A DNA stretch of 63,941 nucleotides, counting the filler, from Rhabdomonas costata (Eukaryota), in assembly GCA_019059605.1 (NCBI GenBank). It is 32 parts of 32 records of this genome, joined end to end, with 100 filler letters (N's around TTAATTAATTAA, not from the genome) between each part and the next. Parts side by side here need not be neighbours in the genome. Positions count along the whole stretch, not along the records: positions 1 to 1,902 come from JAHMHO010007582.1; positions 2,003 to 3,904 come from JAHMHO010007583.1; positions 4,005 to 5,907 come from JAHMHO010007584.1; positions 6,008 to 7,909 come from JAHMHO010007585.1; positions 8,010 to 9,910 come from JAHMHO010007586.1; positions 10,011 to 11,911 come from JAHMHO010007587.1; positions 12,012 to 13,909 come from JAHMHO010007588.1; 25 more parts are not named here. One strand, 5' to 3'. The position numbers and the translations under genes are program-made. The notes under the pieces are model-generated. The model ran no database searches. It saw only the letters and a program-made list of their open reading frames with translations, and had not been told where the DNA came from. This document shows positions 1-12,724 of the stretch, in pieces. Each line of letters begins with the position of its first letter. The first letter of the stretch is position 1.

Positions 1-63
1 TTTTGTTTTCTTTTTGTGGGTTGGGGGTGGGGAAGGGAGAGGGGAGGAAGTCATCTGACGCAC

Positions 64-1710
64 CCCATCAGATGGGTGAGCTCCACACAAAGAGGAAGTC
101 CCAGCCCGCACCCCGAGCCCAGGCCTCGAGCACTGCCTACCACCTCGCTGGCGGGGAGATCTGCGGGGCTCCTGCCTGGGCCCACGCCCACGTTGGGGGA
201 GCTCGGCTGGAAAAGGCCCTCGAAGAGTCTGTGCTGGTCGGCTAGCGGGATTCCGCACCCCGTGTCGGAGACCAGGAACTCCAGGCAGCATCCCTTGGAG
301 GGGTGAGACTGCCGGCGTGCCCGCAGCAGGACAGCCGGGTGGGCAGAAGAGGAGCTCTGGATAGCGTCCAGGGCATTGCACAGCAGGTGAAGCAAGACCT
401 GCGCACAAACAAACATACAGCATACTGAGTTCCTCCGGTGTGGAGCATGCGCTCATGGGGAGCCGGCTCCCTACCTCTGTGCTTTGACTTTATTCTAATG
501 ACACTGGAATTGGGGCCGCTTGGGTTGCTGTTGAGCACTGCTACCCTGTCATCTGCTTAGTTCGGGGAGAGGAGGCGCTATGCACAACTGCGCCACACCA
601 CATGTGTATGATGTTGTGTGCGTGTGTGTTGCTCACTCCAGGGAACATTGCAAAATCCCGCTGTAGATATTCCTCCTGTGAAAGCATGTACCAAGTTTAT
701 GCGCACACACGATGCCATTCCACCGCCCCAACTTTGCAAAATGGTAAAGAAACCAGCGTGGAGGACAGCACGAACCTGGCGGACCCTTTCCTCGTCCCCG
801 ACAAGCTGTGGAGGTGCACCCGGGCTAACCTCGAGCTTAAGATCTGCCCCCCGTCGGGTTGCCTCGGCCGCCAACATCTCTGAGACCCAGATGCCCACAC
901 AGAACATCGAGATGCACTAGAGTTACACGCCATGCACTGACTACCACTGCTACTGCCAAATAATATGCGGGCGAGTCACCACCCACCTAATCATTGGGTA
1001 TGGGTGAACGCTAACCCAGCGGACTATAAGCATCCTCAGTGCAGCTTTCAATCAACTGAAGGATCTGGGAAACTCTGGACGACAAGGCAAGCAAATCAGA
1101 ATTCGGCGACCGAGGAGAGATGGATAGAAAGGGGAGGAAGTATTTTCATCAACCGACTCCGCATATGGAGCTGAGTTCCGGATATGCGCCCACCCGACAG
1201 CAAGCGAGGTTTCTCCATCCGACTGGCCCTTGTTTGTTTCCTGGCACACATTCTTCAAGGGGCAGGAAATCCAATGAGCACTGAAATGGCGTTCCCCAAC
1301 CAACCAGACACAAAACGACGGCACAAAAATGTCAATCCCGCATAGGAGGGGCGATTTTACTCGCGACGGTGAAGCGCGGAAACGTTGAGTACATAGGTTC
1401 CGTTTACCGTTTACCGTTTACCGTTTACCAGACCCTTTCAACAGAAGTTCTCGGTGGCCGTCCTTGGAGGAGAATTCAGGCACTCACATGCTAAATCTCA
1501 AACCTACTAAGAAAGGCAGGAGAACTGGGGGAAACCTCGGAGCTGAGAAAGCAAGCCCTCGACGGTATATGGGCGGCAGCGAAGGGCCAGGCTTCCATTG
1601 TGGCACTCACACAGGTCCAGCCAGTCGGAGATGGTGTTGGCCATAGCCTGGCCCCCGTGAAAGATCAGCTGCAACAGGGAGGGATCGCCCTGCCCCGACG
1701 AGCTGAGGAC
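64..1710 (-). CDS. Sensor histidine kinase, partial (end of HisKA plus HATPase_c)
   Basis: GT-AG exons 1710-1536, 879-776 and 398-64 splice in frame: ...NTISDWLDLCECHNGSLALRCRPYTVEGLLSQLR-E-MLAAEATRRG...LVGDEERVRQ-VLLHLLCNAL (N-box)...VSDTGCGI (G1)...LFEGLFQ (F-box)...GCGLGL (G2)...LTHLMG. Confidence 0.85.
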
Positions 1711-1902
1711 CTAAAGGCAACGAAATCCAACCACGAGAAATGCCACTGCACAGCTAGAAGAAAAGAAGGGTGCGGCCGCCAGCTCACCCCTCATCAGCCA
1801 TCACATATATACACATGCCCAGCAAATTCGTCCACCTGCACAGATGCAAAAAAAACAAACCATAGATAAAGAAACACGGAGCAGCAAGCAAGAGTTGATC
1901 GA

Positions 1903-2002
1903 NNNNNNNNNNNNNNNNNNNNNNNNNNNNNNNNNNNNNNNNNNNNTTAATTAATTAANNNNNNNNNNNNNNNNNNNNNNNNNNNNNNNNNNNNNNNNNN
2001 NN
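1903..2002. other. Artificial contig linker N-TTAATTAATTAA-N (first of 31, about every 2 kb)
   Basis: An identical 12-mer with stops in all frames, flanked by N runs, recurs near 1947, 3949, 5952 and so on to 61987. Confidence 0.98.
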
Positions 2003-2032
2003 TTGTGTGTGGTGCTGTGTGTATGTGCCCAG

Positions 2033-3519
2033 CGTGGTGAGCATTGTGCGCAACAAGACGGCGTACTACACCTTCTTCCTGCCGTTGGCTCTGGGCCTGG
2101 CCGTCACCGGGGACTATGGCACAACCGTCAGTGAAGCCCAGCTGAAGGAGATCAGCTTCCTTATTGGGGAGTACTTCCAGTTCAAGGCACACACACAAAC
2201 ACCAACATTCTTCCAGTCCGAACATGACTTTCTGTTGTTTCTTTTTGGTTTCTGCGGTATTGTGGTGTTATGGTGTGCAGGGCTGACTCAGCTTTAGCAA
2301 ATGCTTTCTCCTCGCTCTGTTTTCTTTCTGCTTTTTAGCTTTTCGGTCTCTAGACTTGCCTCGCTGATCGTTGCAGTCCCGGGTTTACTTCCTGCTCGCT
2401 TTGCTGCTTATGTTATCTGTTCTTGGGAGGATTTGTTGGTTATGTGTTTTCTTTTGCTGCAGGATGACATGCTCGACTGCTTTGGGGATCCTGCCGTTAT
2501 AGGTGCCGTTTGATTCTCGTTTCTTTGTATGTTCTTAACAGGGAGCATTTAGCAGGGCGACTTAACAGGGAGCATTTAACAATTCCGAGACCCGCCCCCG
2601 TTCCTGCTCTTCATTTCCACTGGCTTCAAGAATACCTTCTGACAGGGCCCCATCGACGCCTATCCCCTCCAGAAATTTGGCCTGTGCCGAATCTTCATGT
2701 TCTTCTCGTTTCCATTTCCCCTCGCTTTTTCTTCTGAACTTTTGACGCAGGCAAAGTGGGCACCGACATCCAAGACAACAAGTGCAGCTGGCTGGCGGCG
2801 CAGTTCCTGAAGTGTGCCACCCCGGAACAGGCGGAGCAGTTCAAGGTGTGCAGTGGGGAATGCCCGTGTGTCCGTCTTAACACGGACCCCTCGTTTCGAC
2901 GGCATGATGGTTTGTTGCATTGCTGGCTGAAACTGCTTTGGGGGTGCAGGAAAACTACGGCAGGCACGACGCCGAGTGCGTGGAGAAGGTCAAAGCGCTT
3001 TACCGTGATGTGCAGATGGAGAAGGTACTTTTTGGGGCAAAGGGGGGATAACAGAGAGAATATACTGCTGACGATTCCTCGCACACAAGTGGTGGTTCGA
3101 TGCTTGGAAGTTAGGTAGCTGGAAGGGGGGCCACTGCTGCCGGTGACTTCTCTCTTTGGCTAGTCCGGATGCCAGATTTTCTGAGCGCTATTTCGAAATT
3201 TACTTATTTAGTTCCGTCCTTTAACTGTCTATGTGTGGGTGGTTCTGTAATTGTAAGAACGTGGCATGGAAAGGAGGTTATCTGGTTGATGTCAACCCGT
3301 GCACAATGGTGTGTGGATGACGAAGATTCTGTTCTCGGCTTGGGTTGTTGGCGGCGGGGAGGTTGCGGGCGTTCACTGGGGTGCACAGAAATTCGAAGAA
3401 AGGAGGCAGCCTACGCGGCCAAGGTGGAGCGCACCATTGCCGAGTTTGCGTCGACATGCCCCGTGCTCCACTGCGCGCTGACCCACCTGTGGAAGGTGAC
3501 CTACAAGCGGACCATGTAA
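2033..3519 (+). CDS. FPPS: Farnesyl diphosphate synthase, 3' part (5 exons)
   Basis: Exons ~2033-2180/2186, ~2457/2463-2502, 2751-2845, 2950-3024 and ~3389-3519. Motifs: [26 protein letters not shown] (SARM), [19 protein letters not shown], and C-terminal [10 protein letters not shown] resembling trypanosomatid FPPS. Confidence 0.93.
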
Positions 3520-4916
3520 ATTGTGGGCGGAGGGAGAACACCCGCGCGTGTCCGTTTGGACGATTTCCCTCTCTCGCAAGCCAACCCCACTCCCCCGCTT
3601 CTCTTCTCGCCACTGCGCGCACCAACTTGTGCCGGAGGGTTTTGGTAGTTTGCCTCAGCCATTCGGCCGTATTTTATTCCATGCCCCCTGTTCGCATGCT
3701 TACCCTTGATCGTGCTTCCGGTTACTGACTGCTCGGTCTATTGCTGCACCCCCCTCATTCCCTCACGTTTTGCTGCTGCACCTCCCTCTCAGAAAGGAAG
3801 GCCTCGGTTGTGACATAATGTTCCTCCCACCAGAGAGGGAGGTGCAGCAGCAAAACGTGAGGGAATGAGGGGGGTGCAGCAATAGACCAACCAACCCAAC
3901 CACCNNNNNNNNNNNNNNNNNNNNNNNNNNNNNNNNNNNNNNNNNNNNTTAATTAATTAANNNNNNNNNNNNNNNNNNNNNNNNNNNNNNNNNNNNNNNN
4001 NNNNGGTTTGGCCTTTGATTTCCTTTGTTTGTGCTTGTTTTTGTTGTGCGTTGTAATTAGGTTGCAAGGGAGAAGCGCGGAGGCGAAAGAGCCGGAGAAA
4101 AACCCAGAGGGTGGTAGAAGTGTGGGGATCGTAGCTGTTGCAGTTGTGGTTGTGAACGCTTCTGTGCTTGCACTGTTGCTGCGTAAGTGATGCGTAAGTC
4201 CCAGCCTGCTTGAAGGGAGGAGAGAGGCAGAATGGGTAGCCAGAGTCGCACCCAGCCCGCCCCGTGAATAAGCAGATCCAGAGGCCGCGAGCCCACAGAA
4301 GTCAAGACACCAGGTTCCACCTTGCAAAGCTCGTACCCCCTTACCCTTCTTTTGGTTCGCGGAGTGACCCCGGAGTGGTCGAAAAGCAGAGCTAAAGAGA
4401 GAGATCGCCTCGCCGCCCCCTTTGCATAACGCACCCAAGCACCCGAGGAAAGACCGAAAAGCCTTGCACGCCTTGCAGCATCAGACAGGACACTCTCATC
4501 CCTGACCGAGGGAGACCTCAGGTTCCCTCGCACGCAGGAATTCGGAAGCAAGTCGAAGCTGTACCGGTCGTAAGAAAGTCACGCTCTTGGGGACACCCAA
4601 GGTAAGCCGGGACAGCGCACACTTTGCAAAATCATAGTCGGGATACGGCTGCTGAACACCGAGCCCAGTGGAACCACCGACAGACGTAAGTGGTGATGTT
4701 GCAAGCCGGGCCGTGACACGTGGTAGCAGAGGGTGGAATAATTCTAGAAGACCCTGCGTGGTGGAGCGCACCTCAAAGTTGTGGTACCACGTGTCACTTC
4801 ACTGTTTCCCACTCGCACGCAGCTTTCTTTTTTTTCACGTAAAACACAAACCCTTCCATCACCACCGCGATGCAGCTTCCGACTGCATAAGATCCTCCTT
4901 CTGCTGCCCCGCATAG

Positions 4917-5121
4917 GAGCAGCAACCCCGCGCTGTTTGCCCTGCTGACCCTGCTGGTGATTAACGTGGAGCTGATTCTGGGGATGTTCGTGTGGTGCTG
5001 CCTGCAGAAGGATCCCGTCTGCGCGCCCCTGCTCTGCGACCCCTGCGCTGCGGGCGCCGCACCCATGGCCTACATGGACGCCGCCCCTGCGGCTGCCCCC
5101 CTGCCCTACAGCATCCAGTGA
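4917..5121 (+). CDS. Exon encoding a transmembrane helix and Cys/Pro/Ala-rich tail (unknown membrane protein)
   Basis: After a CATAG acceptor, GC3-rich codons give SSNPALFALLTLLVINVELILGMFVWCCLQKDPVCAPLLCDPCAAG. Another TM-coding exon lies at ~4061-4182. Confidence 0.45.
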
Positions 5122-6007
5122 GGGATGTAAGGCCACTGCTTGGGGCGGAGGGGGGTGAGGGGAATGCATGAGCATTTCCAAAGCTTGTGCGTGTCCTCTT
5201 GTGGTTTGTGTGCATTTTTGTTTCTTTGTGGATGCACCTGTATTTGCGATAAGGGAATAGAACGGAATTATTGCTGCAGTGTTTTCTGCATCCTCCCATT
5301 CCTGAGCGCATGGTTCAGTTCATGTGCGTTGGTTGTGGGAAGACTGGAGTCCCTTCCATCCATTCCTACTGGCGCTAAAACGCTCCCCACTGCTTGTTGA
5401 GCCTGTTTGAAAAAGTTTTACTGTTGACTGTCGTGCTTCTGTGACTACTGTAGCTGCCGATATGAGCTCAACATACCATTACGGAATCTCTTTCAAAACC
5501 ACTTAGATGTCACGAAACAACTTTTCTTGAAAACGTGGTACCTGACTGTATTGATACGTTACACTTTCCACTCTCCACTGCTGGGACTGAGGTGAACTTC
5601 ACAGCCGACTTCAGATCACCTGACGTCTCAGCTTTTTCTACTGCTCACCATGCAAACTTTCTATTTTAAGTCAATTCTTCTTCAATCCAATGCAATGTGA
5701 TACCTTTGTCCATCCGCTGCAACCATGCAGCTCCTCTTCTTTTCTTTCTTTCGCTGCGGCTCAAGGCCACTTCTTCCTCGGTACCAATGCAACACAATGA
5801 CTGCAACAACAACTGCACCGTCACGACAATAGCAGTAGCACAGCACTGTGCTTTGCAAACGACGACGACAGCAGAAGTACAACAGAGTACTTTGCAACCA
5901 CACAACANNNNNNNNNNNNNNNNNNNNNNNNNNNNNNNNNNNNNNNNNNNNTTAATTAATTAANNNNNNNNNNNNNNNNNNNNNNNNNNNNNNNNNNNNN
6001 NNNNNNN

Positions 6008-7909
6008 GGGAAAACCTCCACCACATGTAGTTTCACGTACGGATCTGACCGATCCTCTGTAAACTGTTCTCCATCTTCCAGCCATCCAATCTCTGAGACG
6101 TCTTCGCTAACCTCCTCCAGATCTGTCTCTGGACGTGTGCGGTAATGCTATAAATCGGCTGCTACAACTTCGTCCACTACTGGAAGCTCTGCGTCTGTGA
6201 ACCTTTCGTCCTCAGCTTCATACTCCCCTGGTATAGCAGGAACCTCTAAAATCTCTGGAACCACCTCACCCTCCTCTGAGTAAGGACTCCACACTGTGTC
6301 TAACACTCAAACTTCTTCCTCTTTGTCGTCATATTCTTCGTAATACGGACTCAGCAGTGGATTCTGTCCTCAACTCGTATCGGATCTTGACATCTATGAA
6401 CTTCCCCTCATCCGTCCTCATCTGGAACGCTGTACATTGGATCTTCACTGCCTTCCTCCTCATCCTCAGGTAACATTCCCACGGGGGTAAGGTCGATCGA
6501 GTGAAATACTGAATGCGCCCTCCACCGCACTTCCTGTGGAATGTCTAGGACAAATTTGTCTCCGTAATCTTTTTAATAATTATAAACGGTTGCACAGCCT
6601 TCGGCATCAACTACCACGTGGTGTTTCCAAAACCCCCCTGTAAATGCCTCAGCTTACTGATTAACACATCCTGACATACACAGAATCTGTAATCCGCTCT
6701 TTTGCGATTGGCATACGTCGCAGCCTTCTGCTTCTCCTTCTCGAATGCCTCACGAACTTTATTCCAAGTTGCTTTCATTTTCTTAATATGGAATTTTACG
6801 GGGACTTTACCTTCACCTGGTGGGCTCTGTAGACTCTAAAAGGTCCCACCAGAACACCGGATGGTACCAGTAATTCAGGTAAAATGGGCTGTACTCTTTA
6901 TTAGGAATAGGCGCACTGTTGATTGCAATCTACATCAGTACCAAAAGATCCATCCACGTTGCGCCTCGATACGTCAGCGTAGTTATCACCTGATTCATGG
7001 TCTGGTTGGTCCTTCTGGTTGGTATGTGGATGGTACGGCGAGGATCTTCTGCTCTTTGTGTCCATAAGACCACTCCAGAAAACTGACATTAAGATCGGAT
7101 TTCGATCGCTCACAATACTCCTCGGAAAACCATGGTGTCTAACTACCTCCCACCAGAACAACTCTGCAATGTCGTGGGCACTCATTTTGTTATGGCGCGG
7201 TATCAACACATCCATCTTCTTGTCCCAATCTGCAACGGTCAACACCTCATTCACCACCTGCCATTTTCCAGAAAACTTCCAAAGGCCTGGCGGCATGGAA
7301 ACGAAATTCATTGAAATGGATTCCCTTTTCCTCACGGGCACCTTCAACACCTGTGCATGGCCTCTTGGCAAATGGTGGTCCGCTTTGCATCTCTGACACA
7401 CATCACAGGTACGCACATAAGCTCGCACCTTTCCATTAATGTTCTTAAACTCGTGCGCTTGATGTGCGCTTGATCATGGAAGCCGTCTTGGCCACTTCCA
7501 AAGCCCTGCTGCGGGAGAATCGTGGTACCTCGAAATCACCTCCAACTCATTCTGGAAGTGTACCACAATTTTACACAGCTCTCAAAGTCTACCATGGTGC
7601 CACTTTGTAAGGTCCAACAACTCTGCAGTGATCAAGTTGAAATACCTCTTCCGCACTACTGGGTCAATCCAGTAGTCGGCCCACCAATCATCTGGATCAC
7701 CTTCTTCTGCCACCCCTAAAGGTGCACAAAGCGGGTCATCAAACCTCAACGTCGCCAAACTCAGAAAACACTCCATCTCTACAAAACCTAGACTCGCCTC
7801 GGCCACCGGGTGCCTAGACAAGGCATCCGCAGCAATATTATGACTTCCGGGAATGTGGGCGATCTGCAAAGTATACCTCTGTAGTCTCCACAATCACCGC
7901 ACTTGCCTT
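6008..7909 (-). mobile_element. Degenerate Ty3/gypsy LTR-retrotransposon pol fragment (RNase H end, integrase, GPY/F-like C-terminus)
   Basis: WRLQRYTLQIAHIPGSHNIAADALSR (RNase H end); VRAYVRTCDVCQRCK (integrase zinc finger); ESISMNFV...HHGFPRSIVSDR...SSPYHPHT (core); PFIII..FVLDIP...HSVFH. It is broken by stops and frameshifts. Confidence 0.9.
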
Positions 7910-10194
7910 NNNNNNNNNNNNNNNNNNNNNNNNNNNNNNNNNNNNNNNNNNNNTTAATTAATTAANNNNNNNNNNNNNNNNNNNNNNNNNNNNNNNNNNN
8001 NNNNNNNNNTGTGGGTTTGTAGGAGAGAGCGTTCCCCTTAGTCGGGCTTTAGTCGCCCTGGCCACTTTCCGGGACTTGCCCTTGGCCAGTGGCCTGGCCG
8101 GGATTGGTTACCCTTCTCCTCGTCCTCCTCGCTTCTCTCCCGGGGTTGAAGTGCGGATCATTCGGTGAACTCGATTTCTGAGTCATCGTCTGCGAAGGCG
8201 TGGAGTCCCTCAAGGGAGACCATCTGGGAGGGTCCGTCATTCTTGCAGTGCCTCGTGAAATGCACGAGCATTGTCGTGCTTGAACGCGCATCCAGGCAGT
8301 GAAACAGGCCCGTCCCGTACACGGAGAGAGCGCCCGAAAACGGGAATTGTTGTCAGTGTTTCTCTGAGGTTCTCGTTCATCACCAGATACAGTTAAGGCG
8401 CTCATTAAACAGGCAGAATTTGCTCAAAACGAGGGCTCGAGTACCGAAAAACCCGGAAAACGACGGAAAAGTTCGAATTACTTCATTTAGAACACCTTTG
8501 GTGGGGGTACAAAGCTTCCTCGACCTGAATTTCCACGAATATCTCGCACTTTCCCAATGCTCAAGCATTTCACAGGGATTCCGAACCAAATTTCGGATTA
8601 CAATTGTACTAAACTGCCTCCGGATTGCGGCTCTCAAATGAGTTTTCCGCCCAGAACTAAACCCGACTTTTTTCGATGAAAGCCGAATGTTATCGAATTG
8701 GCATCCCGTATATGCGGGCATGCCCTTTCCGATTTCCGTGAGACCCCCCTCCCTGAGGTGCACAGGTTGTTCTGCTTCGTCGAGTTCTCTTCTTTAGTCT
8801 CAAACAAAACCACCCACCAACGGGTGCAAAAGAGGAAAAGCATCAGAAAAAGGGCCCGAGTGCGCTGGCATTCCTTCTGAAGCGACGCGCTGTGGTGTGT
8901 CACAAAAATGGGTGAGGGGTCGACAGGGAAGACGGAGGAAAGACGTCGACACCTCCTCTAGTAGCACACCACACAGGCAAAGAAACACAAGCACTGCTGA
9001 AATATGGTGCTGGAATAAAAAAAACTGCAGCTCAACGTAACCACGCGCGAATGAAGTACTCAAATATTGCAAGTCATAACAGCACTTGTCCAAAAGGGCA
9101 CGCGTGACGTGACACCTGAAATTTCATCCTAATTATGACTGCTGGGCCAAAATTTGAAGAGAAGCTTGCTGCGACGAAAATTCTTCATAGAAACCGAAAA
9201 GTCGACAGCGATGGCAAATGTTGGATAGTAGATGTTGACAGTCTGCGATTAAAAAGGTCAGCGTGCCCGAGCACAGACAGCGGAGAGGAGGAAGGGAAAC
9301 CTGCCCGCATGATTACTACCAGATAGGAGGTGACTTCAATGTGGGAAAAAGTGCAACCTACAAAATTTGCAACATTTTGTTTTTCGACCCCTCCGAAAAT
9401 TTTGGCTTGAAGTGCGTCTTTTCTTTTTTTTTCGCACTTTTTTTTTTGCACTTTTTTGGACTTTCTTGCAAAGCCGACCCGATTTAACCAAATTTGCATT
9501 TTTCCTTCTGGAGCTGATTTCACGGTCCCCACGGCTGTCACCGCCTGGGGGTGCTGCCGAAGAAGACGGAATTCCTTCTTTCACTTGCCCTTGTAAAACG
9601 GTTTTGTCAAGTAGTCAACATGGACCCGGGAAAAATTTGGCATGAGATGCAGCGGCTTGTTTTCGCACTTTTTGGCGTCTTTTTTGCATCGCACTTTCGG
9701 ACTTCGCCACGTGGCGGAGTGGTTGGGTTATCATCAGCAAGGCACCATCTCCGGTATTTGGGACTGTGGGGTGGAGGTCGACTTATTGTGGGATGCTTCG
9801 CATCAGCAATCGGAGGATGGGTTGGGCTCTGGGAAGGGAGATGATCTCTGCCGGCCAGCTCACCCAACAATCGACATTTTAACCAGTGAATTGGCGTCTT
9901 GGAACGCGCANNNNNNNNNNNNNNNNNNNNNNNNNNNNNNNNNNNNNNNNNNNNTTAATTAATTAANNNNNNNNNNNNNNNNNNNNNNNNNNNNNNNNNN
10001 NNNNNNNNNNTTGTTGGTGTGTTTGGGGTGTGGTATATGGTTAAAGCCAGTAGCCGGAAAAAACTCCGCATCGGAACTAGCCTCGCACTACTGTGTGACA
10101 TTTCGACCGCACTCTGCTGTGGAAAATATGCCATCGCCAATGAAGAAAAGAAAAAGGAAACAGAGAAACACTCTCCCTCGCATTCCCCGTGCAG

Positions 10195-11911
10195 TGCCAT
10201 TCCTGAGAAAGAGCTGTCTGCCCTCTTTGTCCGCACTGACGTGGATCAGTCTGGGTACCTCTCCAAGACTGAGTTTGTGGTGGTGCTGAGGTACATCCTG
10301 CAGAAGCTGATCAACGTGCTGCCGCAGGTTGCGCTGGCGCCATCTCTGTCCTGCATCCGCCCGCCCCCTACACGTCTCTGCCTTGTGAGAACTTCTGGGT
10401 TGTCCTGCTACATCGCCAACTGATGTCGGGGGAACTGGAGAAAGATGGCTTCTTCACAAGCCGTAGAAATCGCTGAGAACTCTGCCGTCACGGTAACCTC
10501 CATTTCAGTGAAGTGGATTTTTGATCAGCGCATCACCCGAGCCTCATACAAAGCAAAGAGCTTGTGCCAGGCCAGAATGCACGATGATTGAGCTTGGTGG
10601 GGGGGCAGGGGGGCGACGACATGAAGTTGCCAAAAGGTGAATGAGAAGCATCTGCTCCTCCGGCCAAGGCATGGGTGACGCCATCGAGCAACGGAGACAC
10701 GTTGCCGGAAGGAGATAAGTTTTGTCTCCCCAACCAACCTGCGCAAGCACATGTCGTGTTGTCACCAGGTGGAAAGTCATCGCTCTTTCCACTTGATAAG
10801 CTGCCCCGTTTGTTTGTCCTTCAATCGATCTTTTCCTCGTTTTTGTTCTCAGGAACAGCCTGAGCCTCCACCACAGCCGCCGTCGCCGCCCCCGTCACCA
10901 CCACAGCCGCCACCTCCGCCCCAAGCACCACCCGCAGGTTGGGCGAGCGCTCGAGGGCGGGGGGAAGGGAAGGGAAGGCTGAACCATGAAGGTCATAGTT
11001 TTGACCTCGGAGCAATGTTACCTGGGAGATAAGATGATCCTATTCCCCTTATTCTTCTGTTCTGAAGAAGCCTGCAATACTGTGAACCCCCCTTCCACAC
11101 AGACATATGAAAAACGGCTTCAGGTGTGCCTAACTATGCACGTAAGTATGTTCGCTGTGTTGCTAAGGGACATGCCAGCGTCGTGGCACCGAACGTCACG
11201 CTCTGCCCCAACCTTTCTCCAATTGGGCTTCTCCGCTCCTGCTCTACTTTCCGTCCTTTTCCTACTCTCTTTCCTTCCTTTCTTCGCGTTTGACTTGGCT
11301 AGGCTTCCGCTTCATTGGCTTTCTCCCTTCGTTGCAGAAGAGATTTTGGTGGTCAGTGAGCTGGTGGGTCACCTGCAGCGTCTGGTCGTGGAGGTGGCCA
11401 CGCGGAATCAGCTGCTGGACCAGCAGCTGCAGCTCAAGAAGCCCGTGGAGGCGGAGACCCTGGGGCTTCTGCAGGACGGCTCCTTTGAGACTATCGTGCA
11501 AGGTCATCAATCTCCGAACGAGAGTGACCCCCTCCCCCGTTTTCTCTGACGTGCAGTGCTACGTGGTCTTGAGAGTTGATAGGATTCTTGTGCCGAAAGT
11601 GACCGCGGGCACCACCACTGCCTCCCTGCTGTGTTGCACAGCCCGCAGCGAGGGTGGAAGCACACAGCAGGCCAAACTGTGGTGTTCGTGCTCCGTCGGA
11701 TCCTTCCCTCCCCTCCCCGCCCTTGCCACAGAGCTCTCTCAGAGGGCCGCCGGGCTGGACCTCCGGCGGGCCCAGTTGCAAGCCCTTGTGGAGGGCTCGG
11801 AGGCCCAGCTCAGTGACGCCGCGCGGTGGCTGCGGGAAAGAAGCGAGAGGGGCAGCCCCACCACAAGAACCGGACCTGGCAGCACGGGCGAGGGCAGTGG
11901 TGGGGCGGCGA
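10195..11911 (+). CDS. EF-hand protein with proline-rich and coiled-coil segments, partial
   Basis: Exon 10195-10327 encodes LFVRTDVDQSGYLSKTEFVVVL, a canonical 12-residue EF loop. There is a Pro-rich exon at 10853-10937 and coiled-coil-like exons at ~11338-11502 and ~11743-11911. Confidence 0.65.
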
Positions 11912-12724
11912 NNNNNNNNNNNNNNNNNNNNNNNNNNNNNNNNNNNNNNNNNNNNTTAATTAATTAANNNNNNNNNNNNNNNNNNNNNNNNNNNNNNNNN
12001 NNNNNNNNNNNGTGTGTGGAAGGATGAAGGGAGGGAAGGCGAGAGGGAAGGATGGATTTGGGGCGCGATTCGAAAGTATTTACCTAATGTTTCTCAGAGC
12101 CGGTCATTTCAACCGCAGAGAGCACAGTGCACCGCAGAAAGGCGGGAACCTGGCTTTGCCTCTCCAAGGAGCTTCTGGAGGGTGGCCACGTCCTTGAGGG
12201 GCACGCCATTTAGGCTGGTTAGAACATCACCCACCTGTTGTTGGGTTGGGTTGGACCAATATCAATATGACATTATTTGCATTCTTTACTAGTCGGTTCG
12301 GACATACTCTGGCGCTCCCCGCACCTTGATTCAAAGGTTTTCAGATGATAAACAAAAGAAGTAAAAGGGATCCCAGGTGAGGGGAGTGACTTTCTTGAGC
12401 AATCGCGCACCCAGCGTTATGCTTTCCTTTTGTCCAAGAATTCAATGATTTGATATCGAAGTATCCAAAGGGGAAATCATGGAGGTGATAATACGGCGGC
12501 CAAGTCGGGGGTGTGTGATAATGAGTTCAGCGGTAATAACAGGTATGATGGGGTGGCTAGATGGATTCTGAGGGAGGACAGAGGATGCCAAGAGGATGCC
12601 AGCGAAAGAAGTGCAGGTTCAGATCAACTTATAGCAAATAACATAAGAGAAACCCGGTCTCGGACCATTCGTCATTCACGCTGCCGTGATTTCCCCTGAA
12701 CAAATGCCATGTGCATCCGCACAC

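Noticed and set aside
1399..1429. (CGTTTAC-type) short tandem run and other microsatellites, such as (TG)n at 32326, (GAAAA)n at 35898 and (CA)n at 53895
   Set aside because: Ordinary intronic simple repeats.
1947..1958. Regularly spaced TTAATTAATTAA, and ORFs ending X...LIN
   Set aside because: Artificial linker, not a CRISPR array or biological repeat.
3735..3888. Perfect 56-bp inverted repeat; similar ones at 37746-37931, ~44050-44209 and ~60059-60232
   Set aside because: All abut contig ends next to low-complexity tails, which is typical of library or amplification fold-back chimeras.
3889..3904. C/A-rich contig 3' ends and G/T-rich 5' starts throughout, resembling telomeres
   Set aside because: They are non-periodic and present on most contigs, consistent with enzymatic library tailing.
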